Shown: in pieces, positions 50,362-64,000 of the stretch
How positions within the stretch are numbered: position 1 is the first letter of the stretch
Layout: every line of letters begins with the position of its first letter
From: Octopus bimaculoides
Taxonomy: Eukaryota
Assembly (NCBI RefSeq): GCF_001194135.2
Contig: NC_068989.1
Coordinates: 88,724,252 to 88,788,251, forward strand
Direction of reading: 5' to 3'
Length of the DNA: 64,000 nt
Notes under the pieces: generated by a model
Databases searched by the model: none
The model's input: the letters and a program-made list of their open reading frames with translations, nothing else
What the model was told of the DNA's origin: nothing
Translations under genes and position numbers: made by a program

Positions 50362-51030
50362 CCTTTCTACTCTAGGCACAAGGCCTGAAATTTTAGGGGA
50401 GAAGACTAGTCGATTAAAGACCTCAGTGCATCACTGGTACTTAATTTATTGACCCCGAAAGGATGAAAGGCAAAGTCGACCTTGGTGGAATTTGAACTTA
50501 GAACATAAAGACAGACAAAATACCGCTAAGCATTTCGCCCAGCGTGCTAACGATTCTGCCAGCTCGCCACCTTAATAATAATAATTATTATTATTTAAAA
50601 TTTTTGCCACAAGGGCAGCTTGAGGGTGGTGGGGATGACTCGATTACATCGACCCAGTGTTCAACTGGTACTTATTTTGTTAGCCCCAGAAGGATGAAAG
50701 GCAAAGTCAACCTCAGCGGAATTTGAACTCAGAATGTAGCGACGGGCGAAATACCACTAAGCATTTCGTCCAGCATGCTAACAATTCTGCCAGCTCACCA
50801 CCTTGATGGTGATGATGATGATAATAATGAAAATAATTCTTTCTAATATTGGCTGAAATTCTGGGGTGAGCGGGGTTAGTCAATTACATCAACCCAGTAC
50901 TCGACCAGTACTTATTTTATCAATCCTGAAAGGATGAAAGACAAAGTCACCCTTGCTGGAATTTGAACTCAGAACTGAATGGAATTGGAAAAAATGCTGA
51001 TAAGCATTTTGTCCATGCTAACAATAATAA
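50050..51030 (-). mobile_element. Tandem array of about 5 SINE B copies, minus strand (best copy 50361-50573)
   Basis: Same structure as the arrays above. Confidence 0.85.
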
Positions 51031-51729
51031 TAATAATAACAATAATAATAATAATAATAGTTCCTTCTAATGGTAATAAGAAGCCAAGATGTTGGGAACA
51101 GTATAAGGGAAAAGACAAAAACTGGAGTTACAAGAAACTAAAAAGACTCTGTAAAAGCTTTTGGACATCTGGTGGTCATTTTCGTCTGGTGAATACCTGG
51201 TTGTCTGTTTTCTCTGAGGAACACCTGGGGATCAGTTTTAATTTGTGAACACCTGATTGTTAGAATATTGTGTCCAACTGGTGAATGAGGTGACAGCTGT
51301 TTTGAACCACAGGTAAGAACACCAAGAACACACAACCAGGGTTTCAATTCCAACCTATTCCATTCTGTATGTTAATAGTAAACATTGAATTTTTCCTGCC
51401 CTTTAACCTTTGATTTCTGATTCCTAGCTCTCCTTGGACTGAAATCAATCAATTACAGAATTAAGCTTTTAGTGTCTCTCTCTCTGTGGTTCTCAAACTT
51501 TTTAGATATTTAGACCAGATCCAAAGTCTGAATCTTTTTAGGGGGCTGCACCAAAAAAACTAAAACACAAGTGAATTCAAGAAAAATTTATTTTAGAGAA
51601 GCTTAAAATATTTTCAACCATCTTAATTTTATTATTCAATTTTGGTAATCTGTCTGCCTCTTTTTGATTCTTATTTGGAACTAGCTTAAAAGTTGGTTAA
51701 TTTAAGATTTGAATTTTCAACCCTTTTCA

Positions 51730-51872
51730 CAGTGGTTTCCAACCCTTTTATTTATTTCCCATGGACCCCTTTCAATATGCTTATCCTTATGCATATATTT
51801 GTATATGAAATTTTGAATTTAGTTCATGGGCCCCCACTACTACCTTTGTGGACCCCAGGTTGGGAACCACTG
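51730..51872. mobile_element. hAT-like MITE
   Basis: cagtggtttccaacc ... ggttgggaaccactg; no clear TSD. Confidence 0.7.
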
Positions 51873-53626
51873 TGTTAGCATATAACAAATCCTCATCCAG
51901 ACCCGATCCCAATACTGGGTGTTCAAGGACCAAATGAAGGGCAGATTTTCAGTTCTGGGATTATCCTGATTTCACAAAGATATAATATGTCTATGTAGAC
52001 TCAGATACAGTGGCCTCGGACAGACAGAATTTTGCGTTTATTATTATCTATACACAGGGAAGGCTGTCAGGGGTCACCAAAAGGATGGTTGAGGGCCACA
52101 TGTGGCCCTGGAAACAACAGTTTAGGACCCCTGATCTATTAAGTTTAGTCAGAAGAATTAGTTTTAATCCTTTTTTTCTTTTTGTCATAGATTACATTTA
52201 AGGACCTTCATATTCCCTAAATCTTTTATTCCATAAATGGCCAAAACTGACGTCTAGAGGGACAGAAATCAGCGAGATTAACCCAGAGAAAGTGAAAGAT
52301 GGAAAACCTAGAACCTGGTGGGGGGCTAAATTAGGTCAAGACCTGATACAATGCTATGTCATCATCAGCATCAGCATCATTGTCATCATTATTTAAGGTC
52401 CACTTTTCCATGCTTGCGTGGGGCAGATGGGATTTGTTGAGGCAGTTATTTTCCTACGGCCAGATGACCCTCCTGTCACCAACCCTCACTTTTTTTTCAA
52501 GCAAGCTATGTTTCAATATTTCCTCATGAGCAAACATGTTTTTCATGGAAGATTGGAAATAAGCAACCTCACTTCCATGGGAGTGATATATGTTTACGAC
52601 CATCATGTGAAGTCTAGAAAAGAGTTCACATACATACACACACCACAGGCTTCTTTCAGTTTCCATCTACTAAATCCACTCATAAAGTTTCGGTTGCCCA
52701 AGGTGCCAAACAATAGGACTGATCCCACAATCACGTAATAAGGAAGTAAGCTTCTTGACCGCATTGCCATGCCTGTGCCTCCAGTTCAGTGCAAATTTTG
52801 ATGTGCTAAAAATAGAAGTATAGAGACTGCAAATGAGAGGGAGAGGATGAGTACATACATGTACAGCACTATAGAAAGACAGAGGATAAATGTAATATAT
52901 ATATATAGAGAGAGAGAGAGAGAGGGAGAGAAGTGGAGAGTGGATTACTGTACAATTTAGAGGGAGGGAGAGAAGCTAACTTGCTGTATAGTATTACAGG
53001 GAAGAAATTACTGAGTAGTTGTCTAAAGAGTGAGAATAGATTGCTGTAGACTGTGAGAAGATTGTTGTATGGTATTGGTGAGTGTGTGTGTGTGTGTGTG
53101 TCTGGTTTACTGTCCAATGTTGTGAAGCATGTGGATCAATGAATAACAGTATATGGAAGAGAGAGAGGGGGGGATTACTTATTGTACAATATTATAGAGA
53201 AAATATGGATTGTATCAACACTGTAGCCATTGTTGACTCTACAAGTATATTGTCTGTTGTGTACACAATATCTGCTGCTCGTTCTGTAAGTCACAACATG
53301 TCTATTGTTAACACAAAGTCTAGTCCCCAGGTGTTAGTACCAATGTGTAATGTCTCCTACCAGATATAACTAACCCAGTCTTGGCTGAGCTGCAAGAATA
53401 ATATAACAGCCATGACAGCGTTGCACAGGCAAGATGGTCCCGTGGTTAATGTTTTCTTGGCATGACTGCTCGTGAATTTTGACTTCAAATCTTTTCATGG
53501 CATTTCTTTGTGTTTCTGGTTAGAACTCTTTATTCTACATTATATTCTCCCCAACCCCCACCACCCCCACGATTTTGCTTCTCTTTTTCCTTTTCATGTC
53601 TTTTCACTTCTCCACTTCTTTCATTG

Positions 53627-53668
<42 letters not shown>

Positions 53669-54230
53669 CAGCCCTAACCCTCCCTTACCTAAACACACTT
53701 TTCCATAACTTTTGTAACTTTTGGCAATGTTGGGTGGTACCTTTGAGCAAATGTCTTCTACTATAAACCCTGGGTTGACCATTCCTCATGAATAAATTGT
53801 GAATTTGGTTTGACAGAAACGGTGTGAAAGCCCAAGCCCATTGCATGTATACGTAAAAAGCACCGTCCGAATATGGTCGATGCCAGACCACACACCCACN
53901 NNNNNNNNNNNNNNNNNNNNNNNNNNNNNNNNNNNNNNNNNNNNNNNNNNNNNNNNNNNNNNNNNNNNNNNNNNNNNNNNNNNNNNNNNNNNNNNNNNNN
54001 NNNNNNNNNNNNNNNNNNNNNNNNNNNNNNNNNNNNNNNNNNNNNNNNNNNNNNNNNNNNNNNNNNNNNNNNNNNNNNNNNNNNNNNNNNNNNNNNNNNN
54101 NNNNNNNNNNNNNNNNNNNNNNNNNNNNNNNNNNNNNNNNNNNNNNNNNNNNNNNNNNNNNNNNNNNNNNNNNNNNNNNNNNNNNNNNNNNNNNNNNNNN
54201 NNNNNNNNNNNNNNNNNNNNNNNNNNNNNN

Positions 54231-54280
<50 letters not shown>

Positions 54281-57200
54281 TTGTCCCCCACTACCACTTG
54301 ACAACCAGTGTTTATATTCCCATAACTTAGCAGTTCAGCAAAACGGACTAATAGAATAACTCACAGACTTTAAAGAAAGTCATAGGGTCGATTCGCTGAG
54401 CTATATCCTTCAAGGCTGCAGCCATACTGGGACACAGCTTATTGCTAATGGCCTTGGGAAATGCATGATTGCCACAATAGCCCTTCTTTCTTCCATTATA
54501 AATCCGAGTCCTTGTTCCATGTAAAAAATAAATATTTTGAAATAAACAGCAGTGATAGAGTAAAAGGAGCCCTAAGGGTCAGCTGCCTCACCTTATTTTT
54601 CCAGTTGTTTGGCCCCAGTAGATCAATAGTCAAAGACATTTCAATCATGACTGTCATTTAACCCTTAAGTATTGAAACTAGCCCTATCCAGTCCAAATAT
54701 TCTTCCGGTTTATATTCAAACTGGCCAGATCTTGCCTCTCACACTTACCCTACAATGCCATACTAAAAATTAAACAATCACATCATCAATATTTTTTGAT
54801 GCTACAAATCAATCCATGATTAATTCGAAGCAATGTGAATAAACACAAATTGCATTTGACAAAATAGTTTGAATGCTAAAAGGTTGAACCAGCCATATCA
54901 GGCTGGTTCAAATATCTACCTGTTTTATTTTCAAACTGGCCAGATCTGACCTTTCACACCAACCCTACAATGTCATTCAATTACCTCATCAAATTCTCAA
55001 AAGAACGAGATAATGCAAGATTAATTCAAAACATGAGAATTAGTTTTGGCAGAATTATTTGAATGTGAAAGGATTGAAGTGAAGGCACAGGGTTCAGTGG
55101 TAAAGCTTTTGTGCTCATGAACACAAGATTACATGATCGTGGTTTCAGTTCTTGGATTGAGTGGTGCATTGCATTCTTGAGCAAAACTTTTCATTTCACA
55201 TTGCTCCAGATCATTCTGCTATAAATGAGTTCCCCTTAAACGGACAGGCATTCTGTTCAAGGCAGTGTCGTGATCTCATTTACTTAATTGCTGTGGAAAC
55301 CCAATAACTGACCATATGAGTCCTAGGGCTTGAGGCATAACTGTTTCAAGCCCCAGGGTTTATTGATGATGGAAAATTTGGTTGCTATTTCTTGCACATT
55401 GAGTATCCAGATAGTGGTTCTTTCATTGGCTCACCATAACTTTTGATAATTATCTCTAGCTCAGCCCAGATTGAGTAGCTCTGCCATTAACCTTATTCCA
55501 GCCATAATCATCTAGTCTTTGTATCTACTACAAACTAAATTATCAACTGTATCTTCTTTATTAAAAATGGTAGAGTGTGATTACAGGAAAATTAGGCTGC
55601 TATTTTTAGCAGAGCAAGAGACCACATTGAAGCTCCCTTTTTATCTAGGATGAGTTCAATGCATAAAACTTCTTTCTTTCTTTTTTTTTAACCCAAACCC
55701 CTGAAATCACAGACTGAATTCTCAACAATGTCCACTACTAGTTATCCTCTTCTATTTCTCTCCCTGACCAGCATACTTGTACTTGCTACAGTATTTACCT
55801 GGAGAGAATTGAGTTGGTTCTGACCAATGAGTTTACACATCCTTCATGGATGCCAAGCACACCTGGCAGACAGTTTCCCCACTGGGAGAGCAATCATGTC
55901 AAATAGAGTAGATGCCATAGCTGTAGTTGTCATTCGCTGATGAGATATAGAGTTCATATTCAGAGTTTCAGTGGCAATTAATTGCTGAAGCATAGAATAC
56001 ACTACCTGCCTCAGTTGTTGGCTGTCAGGACAGTCCATCCTTCAAAACTTGCTTCCTGGAATTAGCCAACAAATACACCTGATGTCCTTCCTCCTTTTTT
56101 TTTTTTAACAACTCCTTCACTCACCTTTACTTGTTTCAGTCATTTGACTGCGGCCATGCTGGGGCACCGCCTTTAGTCGAGCAAATCAACCCCAGGACTT
56201 ATTCTTTGGAAGCCTAGTACTTATTTTATCTGTCTCTTTTGCCGAACCGCTAAGTTATGGGGACGTAAACACACCAGCATCGGTTGTCAAGCGAAGATGG
56301 GGGGACAAACACAGACACACATACATACATATATATATACATATATATGACGGGCTTCTTTCAGTTTCCGTCTACCAAATCCACTCACAAGGCTTTGGTC
56401 GGCCCGAGGCTATAGTAGAAGACACTTGCCCAAGGTGCAACGTAGTGCGACTGAACCCAGAACCATGTGGTTGGTAAGCAAGCTACTTACCACACAGCCA
56501 CTCCTGTGCCACTGTTCACTTCCTGTACATTATTCTATTTATGCGTCCATGCGTTTTTAGCTACTTTTTCTGATGAGTTGTAGTGCACCTGAGCACTGTA
56601 TACAATAAGTTCATTCAATGCCAATGCTGCCTGACTGGCACCCGTGTTGGTGGCCCGTAAAAAGCACCCACTACACTCATGGAGTGGTTGGTGTTAGGAA
56701 GGGCATCCAGCTGTAGAAACATTGCCAGATTAGATTGGAGCCTGGTGCAGCTTCCTGGCCTACCAGTCCCCAGTCAAACCGTCCAACCCATGCCAGCATA
56801 GAAAGCAGACGTTAAACAACGATGATAATTATTATTATTAGTATTATTATTATTATAAATTGTAATACCTCTTCCTCACCCTCGCTCTCTCTATTTCTAT
56901 CTGTATGTATGTGAGTGGATGCATTTGCCTCCAGCGCCAAAAAGTACTGTTACCATAACCAGCTGCTTATTCAGACAGCTGCACCAAATCCTCCCATTCT
57001 GTAACACCAACAACTACCAACTAAACATTAATCCCATTGTCTTCACCTGTTTGGGAAGACCGGAATTGATTTTAAAAAGGTACCATAAATACTCTGGGAG
57101 TGAGAGTAGTTGATGGCTTTTGTGGTTTCTAGTCAATGGCCACTGTTGCACTAAATAAATTGCAGATATACTAAACCTTCCATCTCCTGGCCCAGGGCCA

Positions 57201-57439
57201 CCTCCCTCAGTCTTGTTCTCCGCCTTCAGTTGAGAGGTCTTGTCTTACAAGTTCGTTGGTGACCTTATTGATACTGAAGCCATGTAAATAGCACACAGCA
57301 TACTGTGTGAAAGTGTTGGCGTCAGGGAGGGCAACCAGCTGGAGAAACCATGACAAAGCAGAAAGTGGAGCATAGCACAATCCTCTGGCTCGCTCATCCC
57401 TATCAAACCGTCATGGAAAGCGACTTTAAATGGCGGCGT

Positions 57440-58060
57440 CGGCGTATCCATACACTAATACACACACGACACACGTTCGTTGTTTTTATCAATCTTCTAT
57501 GCGTGTGTGTGTGTGTAGATGTCACTGGGATATGGGGAGGTGAGTTTAGCAGAGAAAGTCAATAGTAAAACTAGTCTAGTGAATTTCTTTCTACTCTGAT
57601 CCACCGACTACATGAAAATATAGGGAGAGGTGACGTCCACCACTACCACCGTCATCACCTTAAAAACAACCGACATCGATCTCTTCGGCTAGACTACATC
57701 CTTTTGTGACAAACCCTCACAAATCGATAAATATCGAAATACAATAAGAGTTAGCTCCCTTGGCTATATTAGCGTTTCACTTCTCTCCCTCCTCCTCCTT
57801 CAGTTATAGATAAAAGGAAGACGACACAGCAGTTGCCTTCCTCCTCCCTCACCCTCACAGCTTTTATCTTTTGTATTTTTTTAAATAATGTTTTCATTTC
57901 TTCTCATTTGCTTTCTTCCTCTTCTCTCTCTCTCTCTCCCTCTCTCTTTTTTTTACTCCGTCTGTCTCTGCTCTCATTCTTTCTTCTCATTCTTGTGCTG
58001 TTTCCTTTTCAATCAACCCTTTCATTTCCTCATTCACCTACAAGTCTGTGTTTCCTTGCC
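57440..58060. promoter_or_regulatory. CpG-retaining, TE-free island, possibly a promoter or first exon
   Basis: Many CpGs, TGACGTC at about 57631, ATCGAT motifs, strong donor gag|GTGAGT at 57540, pyrimidine-rich tracts. Confidence 0.3.
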
Positions 58061-59376
58061 TTGACATCACGTGATAGGTGTAAACGAGTGTCACCGTCAC
58101 ACAAGCAGGGTCCTTCATTTACAATATTCAGCAAAAAAACTTGTTTGATTGTAGGGGAATATTACCCTGCTTGGAAACAACATGAGGGTTGTCAACAGAA
58201 ACGACATCAGACTGTAAAAAATCTCCCACAGCAAATTCCATCTGACGTAGGCAAGCATAAAAAAATGAACTATACACTGGTGATGGTCATATATATCGTC
58301 ATTGTTGTTTTGACATCCATATTCTGATGGCCAGACATATTTTCTATGAAAGATTGGAAACAAACATCATTTGTTTGGTGATGATGATGATAATTATCAT
58401 CATTTACTGTCATCATATGATGTCAAGACAAATGCATGCACACACACACACACGCAGAGAACGGACTTCTTTTCAGTTTCTGTCTACCAAATTCATTCGC
58501 AAAGCTTTGGTGATCGGAGGCCATAGTAGGAGACATCTGTCCGGGATGCAGTGCAGGGGGACCGAATGCAAACCCATTTGTTCGGAAAGTAAGCTTCTGA
58601 ACCACCCAGTCACATCTGTGTGGGTGTGTATCAGTCATGGTTGTGTGGTAAGCCACATGGTTCTGGGTTCAGTCCCACTGTGTGGCAACTTGAGCAAGTG
58701 CTTTATACTATAGCCCTAGGCCAACCAAACCTTGTGAGTGGATTTGGTAGAGGGAAACTGAAAGAAGCCCACCTTATATATCATCATCATCATCATCATC
58801 ATTTACTGTCAATCTTCCATGCTGGCATGGGTTGAACGGTTTGACAGGAGCTGGCTAGACTGCACCAGGCTTCAGTGTCTGTTTGGCATGGTTTTTATGG
58901 CCTGCTGTCGTTCCTAACACCAACCACTCTGCAGAGTGGACTGAGTGCTTTCTATATGGCACCAGCACAAGCAATGTCAGTCTTGGTGTAGTTTTTTGTA
59001 GCTGGGTGCCCTTCCAAATCTTGAGGTGTATATGCTTATGTTAGACATTACAAGATGGCTGAGTGTCAACCCCTATGCAAACTGAGTCCTTGTCTTTCGT
59101 TTCTAATCTCCTGTGACATGTCAGGTCTTGGGGAAATATTACCTTACTTGGGAACATGAGGTTGGTGACAGGAAGGGTATCCAGCCATAGAAAATACACT
59201 TCAACAAGTTCTGTCCAACCCATGCCACGATGGAAAAGTAAACACTGAACAATGTGTGAGTGGGATAAAGAATACCAGGCTGATGTAGATCACTGGTCAG
59301 CTACCAGGACCCACATGGCCCTTAGGGTTCTATATAAGAATTTTATGTGTAATAGATAGATTTTACTTCTACAACA

Positions 59377-59696
59377 CAGTCATCCCTCAACTATCATGGG
59401 TGTTACATTCCCAAACCCCCCGTTTTAGGTGAAAATCTGCGAAGTAGAAACAGTACTGTATATTTTTTTAATCATTTTTATAATTTATATATATTTATTA
59501 TATATATATATATATATTTTATTATAAATGCAAAACAACACCACGGAGGAATCGACGTAAGCTTAAATAATAAACTGCGATAGGTAAACCATGATAGGTG
59601 AACTGTGATAAGTGAACCGTGATAAGTGAATTGCAATAGGTAAACCGCGATAGGAGAACTGCGATAGGTGAACCGCGATAGGACAAGGAATTACTG
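59377..59696. mobile_element. Tigger/pogo-like MITE with 8 tandem 14-bp units (59573-59682)
   Basis: Termini cagtcatccctc / ggaattactg|TA; unit aacygcgataggtg. Confidence 0.75.
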
Positions 59697-60224
59697 TACA
59701 CAAAATATTTCGACATTTTTTTTAGACGATTTCTAATAAAATTTAATTCTAAAATTATAATAGGATTTTTTTTAAAACATCAAATGGCTCTGAGGGTCCA
59801 GTAGAGTAGAATAAGAATCTAAGGTGTCCATAGGTGAAAAAAAAAAGGACCGAAAAACACTGATCTAGATTAATTAGATTAAGATAATCTTTCTCCTTTC
59901 TCCGTGTCTAAACATTTCTACCTCTGTAAGGAATCCTTATTGTTGTTGTTATAAGGGACAGTTGGTTGGTACAATCATGAGGACATTGGACAAATTGCCT
60001 TGTGGTATATAATTAAAGTTCTCTGCTTTCTGAGATCAAATCTCACCAGGGTCAACTTTCCCATTCATCATTTCAGTTTTTATAAAATCAAGAGATAGTA
60101 AAAAAAAATCCATTCCCTACTCCCCAAAAGGTCTGAGATTGTACCTCTGTTAGAAACTACTACTACTACTACTACTACTACTGCCACTGCCACTGCTGCT
60201 GCTGCTGCTGCCGCCGCTGCTACT

Positions 60225-61016
60225 ATGGTGGTGAGCTGGATGACTTGTTAGTATGCCAGACGAAATGTTTACAGCATTTCATCTGTCTTTACATTCTGAG
60301 TTCAAATTCCACCAAGATCCACTTTCCCTTTCATTGTTTTAGGGTCGACAAAATAAGTTCCAGTAGCATACAGGAGTCGATGTAATCCCTTTGTGCCAAA
60401 TTGTAAAACCATTATTCAGCTGGCAGAATTGTTAGTGCACCGGGCGAAATGCTTAGCAGTATTTCGTCTGCCGCTATGTTCTGAATTCAAATTCCGCCGA
60501 GGTCGACTTTGCCTTTCATCCTTTCGGGGTCGATTAAATAAGTACCAGTTACACACTGGGGTCGATATAATCGACTTAATCCGTTTGTCTGTCCTTGTTT
60601 GTCCCCTCTGTGTGTAGCCTCTTGTGGGCAATAAAGAAATGAGATTTTGTTAGTATGCCGGACAAAATACTTAGCGGTATTTCACCCATCTTTACATTCT
60701 GGGTTCAAATTCTGCCAAGGTTGACTTTGCCTTTCATCCTTTCAGAGTTGATTAAATAAGTACCAATGAAACACTGGGGTCGATATAATTGACTTAATCC
60801 CCTCCCCCAAGCTGCTCTTGTGGCAAAAATTATTATTATCATTTATTATTATCATTATTATTATTATAATTATTCCACCAAGGTCGACTTTGCTTTTCAT
60901 CCTTTGGGGGTCGATAAATTAAGTACCAGTGAAACACTGGGGTTGATGTAATCAACTACTCCCCTCCCTCCAAATTTCAGGCCTTGTGCTTTTAGTAGAA
61001 AGGAAAAAAATAAAGA
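60225..61016 (+). mobile_element. Array of about 4 SINE B copies, plus strand (young long-tail copy 60416-60621)
   Basis: agctggcagaattgttag...gaattcaaattccgccgaggtcgactttgcc...gggcaataaagaaat. Confidence 0.85.
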
Positions 61017-61028
61017 NNNNNNNNNNNN

Positions 61029-61075
<47 letters not shown>

Positions 61076-63699
61076 AGGTAGTGAGCTAGTAGAATCGTTA
61101 CCACAGGGCCACTCCTGTGTCTATAGTCGATTACATTTTATTTCTTTGACCCTGAAAGGATAAAAGGCAAAGTCAACCTCAATGAAATTACAAGAATGTA
61201 AAGATGGATGAAGTGCCGCTAAACATTTTGTCCAATATGCTAACGATTCTGCCAACTCTCCCCCCCCCCTTACATTTCCATCAAATATTACCATCAAACG
61301 AAACAAAGTAGTTTGCAATCTTCCATGGAAAAGTGTTTGAACTGGAGTTGATTGATTCATTCATTTGACTAAAAATTCTTCGCGGTGGTGCCCCAGCATG
61401 GCCATAGTCTAATGACTGAAACAAGTAAAAGATAAAAGATAGCCACAAAGAGGTGATATATTTGCAAACGACAGCTTATTGATCCAACCACATTATATGA
61501 CTGGTACTTATTTTATTGACCCTTGGAAGAATAAAAGGTAAAATTGTCTTTGGTTAGGTTTGAACCCGGAATTTCACTGGTACTCTATTACTTCTGCCTG
61601 GGTATGACTTTAAACTATATCCAGTTATTGAGTTCTGGGGTTTTGAGGAGTGTGGCATCACCTCTTATCCACTTTTGTTCCCAGGTCTACTCTCATCCAG
61701 AGTACCAGCAGCTGTCAAGGCCCACACAGCTATGAGTTATTTAGCATGCCACAGAATTACCCCTGGAAATGGTCCCTGGCACACACCTCAGCAGACATAG
61801 AGCAGATGAGGCCCTCCAGTTCTTTAACTGCTTGTCTAAGAGAAGGTAACTCCATCTAAATCCTTTATTCTGATAATTGATGGAGACAAGTAAAAGATTA
61901 AAGATAAATCCGTTGTAAAGAACTGAAGTCTCACTTATAAATTCAATGCTTTAAGTGATCACTCTGCATGCTAGAAATAGCAGCCAAAAGCCAGCAAACC
62001 AGATTCCACCATTTAAAGATAGTAATGATGAAAAAAAGATGAAAAGATGTAAATGCATTGAAAGACATGATGGTCATGGCTAGAAAGCCTTTCGTTAAAC
62101 AGTTGATCAGTAAGAAGCTTTAGATTAAATCTGTCAGATATTTGTCATATATTTTGAAAGCTAAGGTATAATATATCTGTGGCACTCCGACGGTTACGAT
62201 GATGAGGGTTCCAGTTCATCTGATCAACAGAACAGCCTGCTCGCGAATTTAACGTGCAAGTGGCTGAGCACTCCACAGACACGTGTACCCTTAACATAGT
62301 TCTTGGGGAGATTCAGTGTGACACAGAGTGTGACAAGGATGACCCTTTGAATTACAGGCACAACAGAAACAGGAAGAAAGGGTGAGAGAAAGTTGTGGTG
62401 AAAGAGTACAGCAGGGTTTGTCACCACCCCCTGCTGGAGCCTCGTGGAGCTTTTAGGTGTTTTTGCTCAATAAACACTCACAACGCCCGGTCTGGGAATT
62501 GAAACCATGATCCTACAACCGCAAGTCCGCTGCTCTAACCACTGGGCCATTGCGCCTCCACTATAGTATATAGGAAATACTGAAGCATTGGGTCACATCC
62601 AGATCTATGACCAGATAGACGTGTGCCATACGTGGGTCTGTCTGAAAGACTGACTTATGAAGCGGGGTGCTACACAACAACCATAATCACTTTTCTACTG
62701 TAGGTACAAGACCTGAAATTTGAAGAAGGGGTTTGGTAGTTGACTACATCGACCCCCAGTGCTTAACTGGTATTTATTTCATTGACTCCTGATAGGATGA
62801 AAGGCAAAGTCAAACTTGGCAAAATTTGAACTCAGATTGTAAAGAAACACAAACTGCCGCCCAGCATTTTGTCCTTCATGCTAGTAATTCTGCCATCTCG
62901 TGGCCTTAGGTAACCCCTCAAACTGCATCTAAAGCTGCCCTCTGTTTACCCTGCTCCCTTCCTATTGGGTACAGTGATAAGTCAGTGAAGGCGATATTAG
63001 AATACAAATTACAGGTTTCTAAGTTCAAATGACTTTCAGTTAAAAGCATCCAAGCAGGTGGTTAGGAGGACCACATGGAGGAGTGAGAGTAAGAGAAGGA
63101 AATATACTGTGTTGGTGGGGCTATGCAATACATAGTATCAACTGTTGGTGTACTGTATTCCTCAGTATATCCTGGGACATGCAAGCCACCACACCACACG
63201 GAAACCAGACCCTGTAGTGGAGAAGGCTCGTTTAACCACATCAAACTACTCTTTCATCCTCCTCTTCAAATGATATTTAAATTGATAAAAGCTTCACCAA
63301 AGAGGAACTATTTTGTTCTAAGAGAATTAGTTTTATTCACATAAAGATTGAATCCCAATTTAATTACAAGGAAACAAAGAAAAAAACATGGGAAGGATTA
63401 AGCAGCAGAAGTTAGTGGAGAGGGAGTAGACCCCCAGAATGAATAGTCTGTTCTGCTGATATGACCATAATGGCATTGCTATTAGGAATGGCCAGTGACA
63501 TTTGCTGCTGCAGCCACTCCACTTCATGGGGCTCATTTCTCATATGGGCCGCAGTTATCCCAGTTTTGCAGAGGAAATCAGCAGTGCAGAATCCTCGAAC
63601 AGTTGAGGTTTTGATGGTGACCGGCACAAACTAATAGAAGTTGGTCAGGCTCCTGGAAACTGCTTGCCTCCCTCCTCCGCCAAAGGAAAGCAGTAGAAT

Positions 63700-64000
63700 G
63701 ATGCTTACAAGGGAACCGGCTGACTGCTAAGTGCATCCTAAATCTAACAACAATGTTCCAGTGTTGAATGAGTTTTTGATTCTACCCCTCTGTCTTGGAC
63801 AGGCCTAGCTGAGACTTCCATTTAGTGTCGGTTGCACTACTAAGCCAAAGAATTTTATAAGTTCTCCATAAATTCCAATCTGGGAAACTACTGTGATCTT
63901 CTTTGATAGCTAGATCATTCCGCAGAACATCTCTCATGCATATCAATGGTCGACGCCCCACTGGCTAACTTGAAAGGATTGTGAGTCTTTGACAACATTC
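63700..64000 (-). mobile_element. Decayed RTE-like LINE fragment
   Basis: Minus strand PVGRRPLICMRDVLRNDL resembles the RTE RPVGRPxLRYKDVxKRDL motif. Confidence 0.45.

Noticed and set aside
3560-54359. Long ORFs containing X runs or poly-I/Y/N/H tracts
   Set aside because: They span N-gaps or translate (TA)n, (AAT)n and (CA)n microsatellites.
60157-60210. (CTA)n to (CTG)n to (CCG)n gradient as a coding low-complexity tract
   Set aside because: It is a drifting microsatellite spacer directly ahead of a SINE B head.

Overview
AT-rich, microsatellite-rich animal genomic DNA from a short-read assembly with 7 N-gaps, several flanked by (TA)n or poly-T. The repeat content resembles what I recall from Octopus genomes. 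That is recognition, not a database hit. No protein-coding gene could be identified with confidence: nearly all listed ORFs are gap-spanning, microsatellite-derived or antisense to repeats. The window is dominated by tRNA-derived SINEs (working labels A, B, C, E are mine), RTE-type LINE 3' ends (label D), R4/Dong and CR1/L2-type LINE remnants, a DD37D mariner pseudogene, and piggyBac-, hAT-, Tc1- and pogo-type MITEs. Four TE-free islands (about 2.1-4.6, 37.5-38.7, 46.6-47.0 and 57.4-58.1 kb) carry strong splice signals and probably belong to long-intron genes. The most interesting observations are: strand-uniform head-to-tail SINE arrays joined by (AAT)n; a two-template local templated insertion with microhomologies at 14.2-14.8 kb; a minimal hammerhead-ribozyme-like motif at 5.2 kb; candidate recursive splice sites; and several TE-derived pre-miRNA-sized hairpins. 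I see no evidence of a new protein-based system.
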